The notes under the pieces are model-generated. The model saw only the letters and a program-made list of their open reading frames with translations. It ran no database searches and was not told where the DNA came from. From Oscillospiraceae bacterium (lineage in GTDB: Bacteria; Bacillota; Clostridia; Oscillospirales; Ruminococcaceae), in the NCBI GenBank assembly GCA_017847875.1, contig JAGASN010000009.1, forward strand, positions 41,604-105,603: DNA of 64,000 nt, written 5' to 3'. Positions 52,606 to 61,372 of the stretch are shown piece after piece; the stretch's first letter is position 1, and every line of letters starts with the position of its first letter. The position numbers were made by a program, and so were the translations under genes.

Positions 52606-53982
52606 ATGGCATTTGAAGGATTATCCGATAAGCTTTCCTCTGTTTTTAAAAAGCTCAGAAACAAAGGTAAGCTTACCGAAAGCGACGTAAAAGCCGCCAT
52701 GCGCGAAGTTCGTCTTGCTCTTCTTGAAGCGGACGTCAACTATAAAGTTGCGAAGGATTTTGTCGCAAAAGTAAGCGAAAGAGCTGTTGGCGCGGAAGTT
52801 CTCGAAAGCTTAACTCCAGCCCAGCACGTTATTAAAATAGTTAATGAGGAACTCACCGCTTTGATGGGCGAATCCAACGCAAGGATTCAGTTCTCCACCA
52901 AAATTCCGACGATTATTATGATGGTCGGTCTCCAGGGTTCCGGTAAAACCACCCATTCGGGAAAACTTGCTCTCCATTTCAAAAAAATGGGAAGAAGACC
53001 GCTTCTTGTTGCCTGTGACGTTTATCGTCCCGCGGCAATCGACCAGCTTAAAGTTGTTGGAAGCCAGATTGACGTTCCTGTTTTCGAAATGGGACAGATC
53101 GAACCTCTCACTATTGCGAAAAAAGCGGTTGCTCACGCAAAGGATTACGGCAACGATATCGTAATTCTGGATACGGCGGGTCGTCTTCATGTTGATACCG
53201 AGCTTATGGATGAACTCCAGGGTCTTAAAGACGAATTCAAACCAGAAGAAATCCTGCTTGTAATCGACTCCATGACCGGTCAGGACGCAGTAAACGTTGC
53301 CGATGCTTTTAACCAGAAACTCGGCATCACCGGTACTATCCTCACCAAACTGGACGGCGATACCCGTGGCGGTGCGGCTCTTTCCGTAAGGGCAGTTACC
53401 GGCGCACCTATCAAATTCATCGGTACCGGCGAAAAACTCACCGATCTTGAAGCTTTCCACCCGGATCGAATGGCTTCCAGAATCCTCGGAATGGGCGACG
53501 TTCTTACTCTTATCGAAAAAGCGGAAGAACAGTTCGACGCAAAACAGGCCGAGGAAATGGCCAAAAAAATGGGCGAAAACAGCTTTGACCTCAACGATTT
53601 GCTTGCCCAGATGAAACAGGTCAAAAAAATGGGTTCACTCAGCTCGATAGTTTCCATGCTTCCCGGCGCAAAAGCAAAACTTACCGATGAGCAGGAAGCC
53701 GAAGGCGAAAAACAGCTTCGCAGAACCGAAGCAATCATCAATTCCATGACAAAAAAAGAGAGGGCAAAACCCTCCATTATCGATGCAAAACGAAAGAGAA
53801 GAATTGCGGCAGGTTCCGGAACGGAAGTTTCCGACGTTAACCGCCTTCTCAAGCAGTTTGAACAGATGCAGAAGATGATGAAACAGCTTTCCGGAAACGG
53901 AAAACAGGGCAGAAAAATGCGCCAGATGTTAAGCCAGATGGAAAACCAGGGCGGAAACTTCGGCGGCGGTTTGCCCTTTTAA
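52606..53982 (+). CDS. ffh: signal recognition particle protein Ffh
   Basis: GLQGSGKTT, DTAGRL, TKLDGDTRGG, and a Met-rich M domain. Confidence 0.96.
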   Translation: MAFEGLSDKLSSVFKKLRNKGKLTESDVKAAMREVRLALLEADVNYKVAKDFVAKVSERAVGAEVLESLTPAQHVIKIVNEELTALMGESNARIQFSTKIPTIIMMVGLQGSGKTTHSGKLALHFKKMGRRPLLVACDVYRPAAIDQLKVVGSQIDVPVFEMGQIEPLTIAKKAVAHAKDYGNDIVILDTAGRLHVDTELMDELQGLKDEFKPEEILLVIDSMTGQDAVNVADAFNQKLGITGTILTKLDGDTRGGAALSVRAVTGAPIKFIGTGEKLTDLEAFHPDRMASRILGMGDVLTLIEKAEEQFDAKQAEEMAKKMGENSFDLNDLLAQMKQVKKMGSLSSIVSMLPGAKAKLTDEQEAEGEKQLRRTEAIINSMTKKERAKPSIIDAKRKRRIAAGSGTEVSDVNRLLKQFEQMQKMMKQLSGNGKQGRKMRQMLSQMENQGGNFGGGLPF

Positions 53983-54055
53983 TCAAAGGTCTTTAGGCGA
54001 AAAGCCAAATGATAAAAAAGTTTTAAATTTTATTTATTCATAGGAGGAAAACACA

Positions 54056-54298
54056 ATGTCCGTTAAAATCAGACTGCGCCGCATGGGCGCTAAAAAAGCT
54101 CCCTTTTACAGAATCGTAGTAGCAGATTCCCGTTATCCCAGAGATGGCCGTTTCATCGAAGAAGTTGGCTACTATGATCCTACCAAAGAACCTTCCGTAA
54201 TCAAAGTTGACAAAGAGAAAGTTGAAAAATGGATCGCTTCCGGCGCACAGCCCACCGATACCGTTAAAGCACTTCTCAAAATCGAAGGCGTTCTCTAA
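54056..54298 (+). CDS. rpsP: 30S ribosomal protein S16
   Basis: [42 protein letters not shown]. Confidence 0.96.
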   Translation: MSVKIRLRRMGAKKAPFYRIVVADSRYPRDGRFIEEVGYYDPTKEPSVIKVDKEKVEKWIASGAQPTDTVKALLKIEGVL

Positions 54299-54315
54299 TG
54301 CCGGAGGGTTTCAAC

Positions 54316-54549
54316 ATGGAAGAACTGCTTGCTGTAATCGCACGCGGTCTTGTTGAGGATAAGGAAGCTGTTTCCGTAACCGTTGATGAACCGGACGAAG
54401 AAGGCACCGTTGTTTACCATCTTCATGTTGCCGCATCCGATATGGGAAGAGTTATCGGTCGCCAGGGAAAAATTGCCCGCGCGATCCGTACCCTTATGCG
54501 CACAGCTGCGAACCGTGCCGGCAAGAAAGTTGCTGTCACGATCGAATAA
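54316..54549 (+). CDS. KH domain RNA-binding protein (YlqC-like)
   Basis: MEELLAVIARGLVEDKEAV...DMGRVIGRQGKIARAIRTL. ATG 54316 follows GGAGGG. Confidence 0.85.
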   Translation: MEELLAVIARGLVEDKEAVSVTVDEPDEEGTVVYHLHVAASDMGRVIGRQGKIARAIRTLMRTAANRAGKKVAVTIE

Positions 54550-54619
54550 TTTTCGAAAAACAAATTCCCTCGTCAAAGAAATTTGACGGGGGAATTATGG
54601 AATTATAAGAGGTTTTATT

Positions 54620-55135
54620 ATGAAAAAGCAGTTTCTTGAAGTTGGCGAAGTTGTTGCGATCCATGGACTTCGCGGCGATCTGCGCCTTTATCCCTGGTGC
54701 GATCCGGGCGATATAGAGCGCAGCGCAAGAATGTATCTTGATGAAAACGGCGAGCAGGAATATCGTGTTTCTTACGCAAAACCGCATAAAAACGTTTATC
54801 TCGTCAAGCTCAAAGGCGTTGATAACCCCGATGACGCAAGAAAATTCATTGGAAAGGTCCTTTATATGAACCGCAACGATATTCCGATGAAAGCGGGAGA
54901 TTATTTTATTCAGGATATAATCGGTCTTAAAGTTGTTGATGCCGAAAACGAAACCGTTTACGGTGAAGTTTCCGACGTTGCACCTACCGGTGCCAATGAT
55001 ATTTACTGTGTTTGTGGTACGGACGGAAAAGAAACCTGGATCCCTGCAATTCCGCAGGTAATCAGCAAGGTAGATGTAGACGGAGGCATTCTTGAAATAA
55101 CTCCGATGAAAGGACTTTTTGACGATGAGGATTGA
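54620..55135 (+). CDS. rimM: ribosome maturation factor RimM
   Basis: LEVGEVVAIHGLRGDLR, plus a PRC-barrel C-terminus. Confidence 0.92.
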   Translation: MKKQFLEVGEVVAIHGLRGDLRLYPWCDPGDIERSARMYLDENGEQEYRVSYAKPHKNVYLVKLKGVDNPDDARKFIGKVLYMNRNDIPMKAGDYFIQDIIGLKVVDAENETVYGEVSDVAPTGANDIYCVCGTDGKETWIPAIPQVISKVDVDGGILEITPMKGLFDDED

Positions 55136-55814
55136 TATTGCAACCCTTTTTCCGGAAATGTGCGAAGCGGTGCTCAGCACCAGCATTATCGGAAGGGCGA
55201 GAAAAGCCGGTTTTATCGAAGTTTATTGCCATAATATCCGTGATTTTTCCGAAGATAAGCACCAAAGGGTCGATGCTGCGCCTTATGGCGGCGGAAACGG
55301 AATGTTAATGCAGGCAGACCCGATTTTTAAATGTTATGAGCACGTCTGTGAAGAATCGTGCTCAAAACCTTTCGTAATCTATATGTCGCCGCAGGGCGCG
55401 GTGCTCAACCAGAAACTGGCCGTAGATTTTGCGGAAAAGTATGAGCATCTGTTTCTCATCTGCGGACACTATGAGGGAATCGATGAACGAATCATCGAAG
55501 AAATCGTTGATATGGAAGTTTCGATAGGCGACTATGTTCTCACCGGCGGTGAACTCGGAGCACTGGTGCTCACGGATGCTGTGGGCAGACTTTGCGACGG
55601 CGTTCTTTCCGAAGACGTTTGCTTCGAGGACGAAAGCCATTATTCCGGTCTTCTGGAATATCCGCAATATACCCGTCCGCAGATCTGGCACGGAAGAGGA
55701 GTTCCGGAAGTTTTGCTTTCCGGAAATCACAAGCTCATTTCCGATTGGCGCCATGAACAGGCGGTAAAGCGCACCATGGAAAAGCGTCCGGATATGCTTA
55801 AAAAAGAGGAATAA
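55125..55814 (+). CDS. trmD: tRNA (guanine37-N1)-methyltransferase
   Basis: MRIDIATLFPEMCEAVL, PYGGGNGMLM, CGHYEGIDERI, LTGGELGALVL. ATG 55125 is preferred over TTG 55119. Confidence 0.94.
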   Translation: MRIDIATLFPEMCEAVLSTSIIGRARKAGFIEVYCHNIRDFSEDKHQRVDAAPYGGGNGMLMQADPIFKCYEHVCEESCSKPFVIYMSPQGAVLNQKLAVDFAEKYEHLFLICGHYEGIDERIIEEIVDMEVSIGDYVLTGGELGALVLTDAVGRLCDGVLSEDVCFEDESHYSGLLEYPQYTRPQIWHGRGVPEVLLSGNHKLISDWRHEQAVKRTMEKRPDMLKKEE

Positions 55815-55818
55815 AACA

Positions 55819-56547
55819 ATGCTCGGAACAATAATCAATGTTATAACCGTAATTCTCGGCGGAACAATAGGTCTTTTGCTTAAAAAAAGCATAAAAAGCG
55901 AAATTATGGATAACGTTATGAAGGCGGAAGGTGTTGCCGTTCTGATAATCGGAATGAACGGCGTTCTGACCAATATGCTTTCAGTCGGCGAAGGCGGAAA
56001 ATTTGTTGAAAACGGCGGGCTTGTTCTTCTTATAAGTCTTGCCCTCGGAATGTTTGTCGGAGAAATCATAAAGCTTGATGACAGGATAAATTCTCTTGGC
56101 GGTTGGGTTGAAAAACGTGTTAAGTCCGACGGATTTTCAAAAGGTTTTGTTTCCGCTTTTATAATTTTCTGCGTCGGTTCAATGAGCATAATCGGTTCGA
56201 TAAACGACGGTCTTTCCGGAGATTCAAGCGTTCTTATCGTCAAAAGTACCCTTGATTTTATTACCGCAATGGTGCTTGCTTCAACAATGGGAATCGGCGT
56301 AATCTTCGCCTGCGTTCCGCTTTTTGTCTATCAGGGCTCAATTTCGCTTTTTGCTTCATTTATAAAACCGTTTATCGAAAACTATCCGGAGATGATGTCT
56401 CAGTTTTCGATGGTTGGTTATGCCATAATTATGTGCATCGGAATAAACTTTATTGCGGGGCAAAAAATCAAAACGGCGAACCTTCTTCCGGCAATGCTTT
56501 TTCCGGTGCTGTATAACCTGCTCAAGATTGTGGAAAACTTGTGGTGA
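55819..56547 (+). CDS. DUF554 family membrane protein
   Basis: MLGTIINVITVILGGTIGLLLKK, with 6-7 TM helices. Confidence 0.8.
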   Translation: MLGTIINVITVILGGTIGLLLKKSIKSEIMDNVMKAEGVAVLIIGMNGVLTNMLSVGEGGKFVENGGLVLLISLALGMFVGEIIKLDDRINSLGGWVEKRVKSDGFSKGFVSAFIIFCVGSMSIIGSINDGLSGDSSVLIVKSTLDFITAMVLASTMGIGVIFACVPLFVYQGSISLFASFIKPFIENYPEMMSQFSMVGYAIIMCIGINFIAGQKIKTANLLPAMLFPVLYNLLKIVENLW

Positions 56548-56684
56548 TTTTCGACAAATAAACTGAATAAATTTAACGAAGATATGGGATTTTTATAGAA
56601 AATTACCTATTTCGTTGAATTGGAAAAAATAAACTGTTATAATGAAAACACAATAAATTGATTGTTATTGAGGAGATTTATAAT

Positions 56685-56948
56685 ATGTATTCTAACGCTG
56701 TTAAAGTTCAGAACCAGGTTGGTCTTCATGCACGCCCTGCAACTTTCTTTATTCAGAAATCCAACGAATTCAAATCTTCCATCTGGGTTGAAAAAGACGA
56801 AAGAAGAGTTAACGCAAAAAGCCTTCTCGGTGTTCTTTCTCTCGGAATTGTCGGCGGAACCGAAATTACCATTATCGCCGATGGTGTTGATGAGGAAGAA
56901 GCAGTAAACTCCCTTGTTAAACTTGTTGAATCCGCTTTTGCAGACTGA
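56685..56948 (+). CDS. ptsH: phosphocarrier protein HPr
   Basis: VGLHARPA (His15 site) and VNAKSLLGVLSLG (Ser46 site). ATG 56685 after GAGGAG is preferred over the track start 56658. Confidence 0.9.
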   Translation: MYSNAVKVQNQVGLHARPATFFIQKSNEFKSSIWVEKDERRVNAKSLLGVLSLGIVGGTEITIIADGVDEEEAVNSLVKLVESAFAD

Positions 56949-57017
56949 TTTGAAAAAAGATTGAATTTTTGCGCCGCAAATTGATATTTGCGGCGTTTTT
57001 TGTTACAATAGAGAAAA

Positions 57018-57156
57018 GCCTTCCCGGAGGGGAAGGTGTCATTTCCGAAGGAAATGACGGAAGAGGGATTCTTTAAGAACGCGGAGCGCAGACAGAGATT
57101 TGTCGGATATTATCCCTCCTCAGTCTGCTTCGCAGACAGCTCCGCCTCTGAGGAGC
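57018..57156 (+). repeat. ORF-less miniature derivative of the DUF559 cassette (both ends, no endonuclease ORF)
   Basis: Homologous to 11829-11953 end to end. Retains the GGGATTC left junction and the ATCCCTCC right junction seen in the full cassette at 3615-4070. The outer right hairpin GCTCC-GCCTCTG-AGGAGC is followed by TTTT. Confidence 0.7.
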
Positions 57157-57181
57157 TTTTATTGAAAGGAGGCCGGGAAAA

Positions 57182-59017
57182 TTGGATAACCCAAGACTTC
57201 AATATCTCCACGAAAAAACGCTTAGTCTTCCAATGGAACCCGGCGTCTATATAATGCACGATAAAAGCGGAAAAGTTATTTATGTAGGAAAGGCAAAAAA
57301 ACTCAAAAACCGCGTAACAAGCTATTTCCGCAACGTTGAAAAGCATCTTCCGAAAGTTTATAAAATGGTGGAGCACGTCCACGATTTTGAATATATAGTC
57401 ACCGACAGCGAATTCGAGGCTCTTATTCTCGAATGCAGCCTTATAAAGCAGTATGCTCCGAAATATAATATCCTGCTCAAAGACGACAAAGGCTACAGCT
57501 ATGTCCGGATTTCTCCCGGTCCTTTCAGCAGATTGACCGGCGTTTTGCAGAAAAACGACGACGGCGCGGAATACCTCGGACCTTATATAAGTTCCTATGT
57601 TGTCCGCCAGACCGTTGCGGAAGCCAACAAGGCTTTTATGCTCCCGACCTGCAACCGGAAGTTTCCCCAGGAATTCGGAAAGGGAAGACCATGCCTGAAC
57701 TATTATATTAAAAACTGCATGGGAGTTTGCCGGGGAAAAATTTCCGAAGAGGAATATAACGAAACCCTTAACGAAGCAATAGATTTTATAAAAGGCGGAA
57801 GCAGTGCTTCGGTTGAAAAGCTCACCGAAAGAATGTACGAAGCGGCGGAAGCGGAAGATTTTGAAAGGGCCGCGGTTCTCCGTGACAGGATAAAAGCAAT
57901 AGAAGGCATTGCCAACCGCCAGAAAGTCGTTTTTTCGAAAGTCAGGGAACAGGACGTTGTCGCTATTGCGAAAAGCGGTGAAAATTGCTGTGCCGTTGTT
58001 CTGAGCTTCCGTGGCGGAAGGCTTGTTGATAAAGACGAATATTTCCTGAAAGATTTCGGAACCGAGCCTTCTTTCGTAACGGAATTTCTCCAAAGTTTTT
58101 ATTCCGAGCGCACGGATATCCCGAAGGAAATTGCCCTCCATGAAAAATGTGAGGAAACGGAACTTCTGGAACGCTGGCTTTCCGAAAAAGCCGGAAAAAA
58201 GGTGAATATAACCGTTCCGCAAAAAGGCGAAAGAAAACAGGTCACAGATATGGCCTATAACAATGCGGCGGAAAGTCTTTCCCACGAAAAGGCAAGAACA
58301 AGCAAGGAAGTTGCGGTTCTTGATGAGCTGGGAAGGATACTCGGAATGGAAAAAGCGCCGGAAATCATCGAGGCTTACGATATCTCGAACTTCGGTTCGG
58401 AAACCGTTGTCGGCGGAATGGTGGTTTATGAAAACGCAAGACCGAAAAGAAGCGATTATAAAAAATTCTCTATAAAAACCGTTGTCGGAACCGATGACTA
58501 TGCCTGTATGTGTGAAATGCTTGAACGCCGCTTTAACCATTATTTTGAAGAGCAGGGAAGCGGGTCTTCCTTTGGAAGAAAACCCGATCTTATCCTTCTG
58601 GACGGCGGAAAAGGCCACGTTGCGGCTGTTCAGGAGCTTTTTGACCGAATAGGAATAGATATCCCGCTTTTCGGAATGGTAAAAGACGACCGCCACAGAA
58701 CAAGAGCCATCGCAAAAAACGGCGGCGAAATCGCAATTTCGCCGGTGCGTTCTGTCTTTAACTTTGTAACGGCGGTCCAGGACGAAGTCCACCGTTTTAC
58801 GATAGGTTACAGCCGCCAAAAGCACGCCAAAACCAATTTTGAAATGCTTATAACAAAAGCAGAAGGAATTGGGCCAAAACGCGCCGCCGCCCTTTTAAAG
58901 CATTTTAAGACCATGAAGGCGATTAAATCTGCGACGGAAGAGGAACTTTCAAAAGCGCCGGGAATGACAATTTCCGCCGCAAAATCCCTTCGGGAATTCC
59001 TCGACAGCGAAGAATAA
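57182..59017 (+). CDS. uvrC: excinuclease ABC subunit C
   Basis: GIY-YIG (PGVYIMHDKSGKVIYVGKAKKLKNRV), a UVR domain, an endonuclease V-like region and (HhH)2. TTG start. Confidence 0.95.
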   Translation: MDNPRLQYLHEKTLSLPMEPGVYIMHDKSGKVIYVGKAKKLKNRVTSYFRNVEKHLPKVYKMVEHVHDFEYIVTDSEFEALILECSLIKQYAPKYNILLKDDKGYSYVRISPGPFSRLTGVLQKNDDGAEYLGPYISSYVVRQTVAEANKAFMLPTCNRKFPQEFGKGRPCLNYYIKNCMGVCRGKISEEEYNETLNEAIDFIKGGSSASVEKLTERMYEAAEAEDFERAAVLRDRIKAIEGIANRQKVVFSKVREQDVVAIAKSGENCCAVVLSFRGGRLVDKDEYFLKDFGTEPSFVTEFLQSFYSERTDIPKEIALHEKCEETELLERWLSEKAGKKVNITVPQKGERKQVTDMAYNNAAESLSHEKARTSKEVAVLDELGRILGMEKAPEIIEAYDISNFGSETVVGGMVVYENARPKRSDYKKFSIKTVVGTDDYACMCEMLERRFNHYFEEQGSGSSFGRKPDLILLDGGKGHVAAVQELFDRIGIDIPLFGMVKDDRHRTRAIAKNGGEIAISPVRSVFNFVTAVQDEVHRFTIGYSRQKHAKTNFEMLITKAEGIGPKRAAALLKHFKTMKAIKSATEEELSKAPGMTISAAKSLREFLDSEE

Positions 59018-59075
59018 CATTGACATTTATATCAAAAAATAGGATAATAGAACTATCTCAAACGGAGGTAAAATT

Positions 59076-59621
59076 ATGAGAGTTATTACCGGAACAGCGA
59101 AGGGAAAACGCCTTATAACTCCGGAGGGAAGGGACGTTACCCGCCCCACCGGCGAAAAAGTTAAAGAAGGAATTTTTTCTTCCATTCAGTTTTTTATAGA
59201 AGAAGCGGATGTTCTTGATTTGTTCGCCGGAAGCGGCCAGCTTGGAATCGAAGCACTTTCCCGCGGGGCAAGATCCTGCGTTTTTGTTGACAGCGCAAAA
59301 GTTGCCCAGAAATGCATCACGGAAAATCTCAAAAACTGCGGCTTCACCGATGTTGCAAAGCTCAAAACCGGCGATGCGCTTATGTATCTTTCCAGCGCAT
59401 TTGAAAAATTCGATATCGCTTTTCTCGATCCGCCCTATGCCGCGGAGCAGCTTCCGGTGGTTCTTCCGGCGGTTTCAAAAGTAATGCGTCCCGGCGGAAT
59501 TGTTCTTTGCGAAACCGCAAAGAGCATCGACCTTCCGGAAGAAGCCGGAAAGCTTATTAAAACAAAGGAATACCGCTACGGAAGCACAAAAGTGCTTATG
59601 TATAAACGCGGTGAGGATTGA
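59076..59621 (+). CDS. rsmD: 16S rRNA (guanine966-N2)-methyltransferase
   Basis: MRVITGTAKGKRLITPEG..TRPT, DLFAGSGQLGIEALSRGA, FLDPPY. Confidence 0.9.
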   Translation: MRVITGTAKGKRLITPEGRDVTRPTGEKVKEGIFSSIQFFIEEADVLDLFAGSGQLGIEALSRGARSCVFVDSAKVAQKCITENLKNCGFTDVAKLKTGDALMYLSSAFEKFDIAFLDPPYAAEQLPVVLPAVSKVMRPGGIVLCETAKSIDLPEEAGKLIKTKEYRYGSTKVLMYKRGED

Positions 59622-59626
59622 CAGAA

Positions 59627-60103
59627 ATGAAAAAAGCAGTTTGCCCCGGGAGCTTTGATCCCATAACAAACGGACATCTGGATATAATCAAAAGAGCGGC
59701 GGAACTTTTTGATGAAGTCACCGTTCTTGTTGTAACAAATCCGGATAAAAAATGCGCTTTTTCGCCGGAAGAACGCTGTGACCTTATCAAAAAGGCAACG
59801 GAAGATATCGAAGGAGTAAAAGTGGATTCCTTCAGCGGACTTCTTGCGGATTACGTTAAACAGAACGAAATAAACGCCATTGTTAAGGGAATCCGCTCTT
59901 CTTCGGATTTTGAATATGAATTCCAGATGGCGCTTGCCAACAGAAGCCTTGCGCCGAATGCGGAAACCGTTTTTATAACTGCGGATCCGCAGAATATGTA
60001 CGTAAGCTCCAGCCTTATCAGACAGATTGCCTGCTTCGGCGGAGATGTTTCGGATTTTGTTCCGAAAAACATAGTAGAGGAAATTGAAAAAAGATTTAAA
60101 TAA
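59627..60103 (+). CDS. coaD: phosphopantetheine adenylyltransferase
   Basis: MKKAVCPGSFDPITNGHLDII, KGIRSSSDFEYE, and the ISSSLIRQ equivalent VSSSLIRQ. ATG 59627 is preferred over TTG 59618. Confidence 0.94.
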   Translation: MKKAVCPGSFDPITNGHLDIIKRAAELFDEVTVLVVTNPDKKCAFSPEERCDLIKKATEDIEGVKVDSFSGLLADYVKQNEINAIVKGIRSSSDFEYEFQMALANRSLAPNAETVFITADPQNMYVSSSLIRQIACFGGDVSDFVPKNIVEEIEKRFK

Positions 60104-60124
60104 ACAAGGGGAGGACATAAAACT

Positions 60125-60610
60125 ATGCCTATTGAAGAAATTCTTGATCAGCTTGATGAACTTATCGACCGTTCCTGGTCCCTTCCGCTTACCGGCGGAC
60201 GCTGTGTTGTTGACGCAGACAAAGTCCGCGAACTTCTTGATGACGTTCGCCTCAACCTTCCTACCGAAATAAGACAGGCACAGTCCATTGTTGCGGACCG
60301 CACCGCCATTGTTGAAGAGGCAAAAAAAGAAGCCGAAGCGATCATTGCAAGAGCGGAAAAACGCGCCGCGGCACTTGTTGATGAACAGGAAATTGTTCGC
60401 CAGAGCAAAAACAAAGCCGCGGAAATTACCCAGCAGGCACAGCAGCAAAGCCGCGAAATGCGCCAGTCCGCAAAAGACTTTGTTGACGGAATCCTCAAGA
60501 ACACCGAAGAAACTCTTGCCGCTTCCCTTACCGAAGTTAAAGGCACCAGAAGCGCTTTCAACCAGCAGCAGAAAGTTGCCCAGGCAGCTATGCAGCCCCA
60601 GCAGAAATAA
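60125..60610 (+). CDS. hypothetical coiled-coil protein
   Basis: 161 aa, Ala/Glu/Gln/Lys-rich with helical repeats (AEAIIARAEKRAAALVDEQEIVRQSKNKAAEITQQAQQQ). Family not recognised with confidence. Confidence 0.55.
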   Translation: MPIEEILDQLDELIDRSWSLPLTGGRCVVDADKVRELLDDVRLNLPTEIRQAQSIVADRTAIVEEAKKEAEAIIARAEKRAAALVDEQEIVRQSKNKAAEITQQAQQQSREMRQSAKDFVDGILKNTEETLAASLTEVKGTRSAFNQQQKVAQAAMQPQQK

Positions 60611-60613
60611 AAG

Positions 60614-60642
60614 CAAAAAACGCCGCTTTGCGGCGTTTTTTT
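60614..60642 (+). terminator. rho-independent terminator
   Basis: CGCCGC-TTT-GCGGCG hairpin followed by TTTTTTT. Confidence 0.8.
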
Positions 60643-60713
60643 AATATCGGTTTTATACCCACCGGCCACCACAAAAGCATTAAAAATCACCGAAAATCGA
60701 AGAAAACAACCAC

Positions 60714-60748
60714 AAAAAAGCCCGTTTTGATAAAAACGGGCTTTTTTG
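60714..60748 (+). terminator. second rho-independent terminator about 100 nt further downstream
   Basis: AAGCCCGTTTT-GATA-AAAACGGGCTT hairpin followed by TTTTT. Confidence 0.8.
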
Positions 60749-60836
60749 TTTCCACTTTTCACCAAAGCATTGCAAAAACTTCGTTTTTTCGCATAGTTAT
60801 GCCAAAAAATTAAATTGTTAATTTTTCAAAATACTA

Positions 60837-60864
60837 TTGATTTTTCGGAAATTTGCGGTATAAT
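60837..60864 (+). promoter_or_regulatory. putative dcw-cluster (mraZ) promoter
   Basis: TTGATT (60837-60842), a 16-nt spacer and TATAAT (60859-60864). Confidence 0.55.
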
Positions 60865-60873
60865 ATAATCAAA

Positions 60874-60899
60874 GTGGTGAATTGTGGTGAAAGGTGGCT
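60874..60899 (+). promoter_or_regulatory. three 10-bp-phased GTGG direct repeats (MraZ-box-like operator)
   Basis: GTGGTGAATT / GTGGTGAAAG / GTGGCTAAAC start at 60874, 60884 and 60894, immediately downstream of the -10 element. Confidence 0.55.
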
Positions 60900-60942
60900 A
60901 AACTTACCCAAAATTCAAACAAAAAGAAGGGAGGAAAGACAA

Positions 60943-61362
60943 ATGTTCATCGGCGAATTTTTCCATAGTTTTGATGAAAAAGGCCGCGTTAATTTTCCGG
61001 CAAAACTCCGCGAAGAACTTGGCGAACAGTTCGTTATAACAAAAGGTCTTGATGGCTGTCTTTCCGCCTATTCAATGGAAAAATGGGAACATATCAGCAA
61101 AATTGTCGAAGGCCTTCCCCAGGCAAAGGCAAGAAATTTAAAACGTTTTATGTTCTCTTCCGCAACTGTTGTTAACCCGGATAAACAGGGGAGGGTTCTT
61201 GTAATACAAAATCTCCGTGATTTTGCAAACATAACAAAAGATATTGCGGTAATCGGTGCTTCCGACCACGTTGAACTCTGGGATAAAGAAACATGGCTCA
61301 GGCTCAATGCGGAAATGGATTCCGACGAAATTGCTTCCGCAATGGACGAGCTTGGATTCTGA
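60943..61362 (+). CDS. mraZ: transcriptional regulator MraZ
   Basis: MFIGEFFHSFDEKGRVNFPAKLREELG, with a second SpoVT/AbrB-like repeat DKQGRVLVIQNLRDFA. ATG 60943 after GGGAGGAAAG is preferred over the track start 60853. Confidence 0.93.
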   Translation: MFIGEFFHSFDEKGRVNFPAKLREELGEQFVITKGLDGCLSAYSMEKWEHISKIVEGLPQAKARNLKRFMFSSATVVNPDKQGRVLVIQNLRDFANITKDIAVIGASDHVELWDKETWLRLNAEMDSDEIASAMDELGF

Positions 61363-61372
61363 GGTGGGAAAT

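Noticed and set aside
3615-57156. The recurring CCTCCCTTTAGGCAAGGGAGGC-type repeats as a CRISPR array.
   Set aside because: The copies are kilobases apart and irregularly spaced. Each is embedded in longer palindromic modules, and no cas genes are present. They fit a dispersed element family rather than a CRISPR array.
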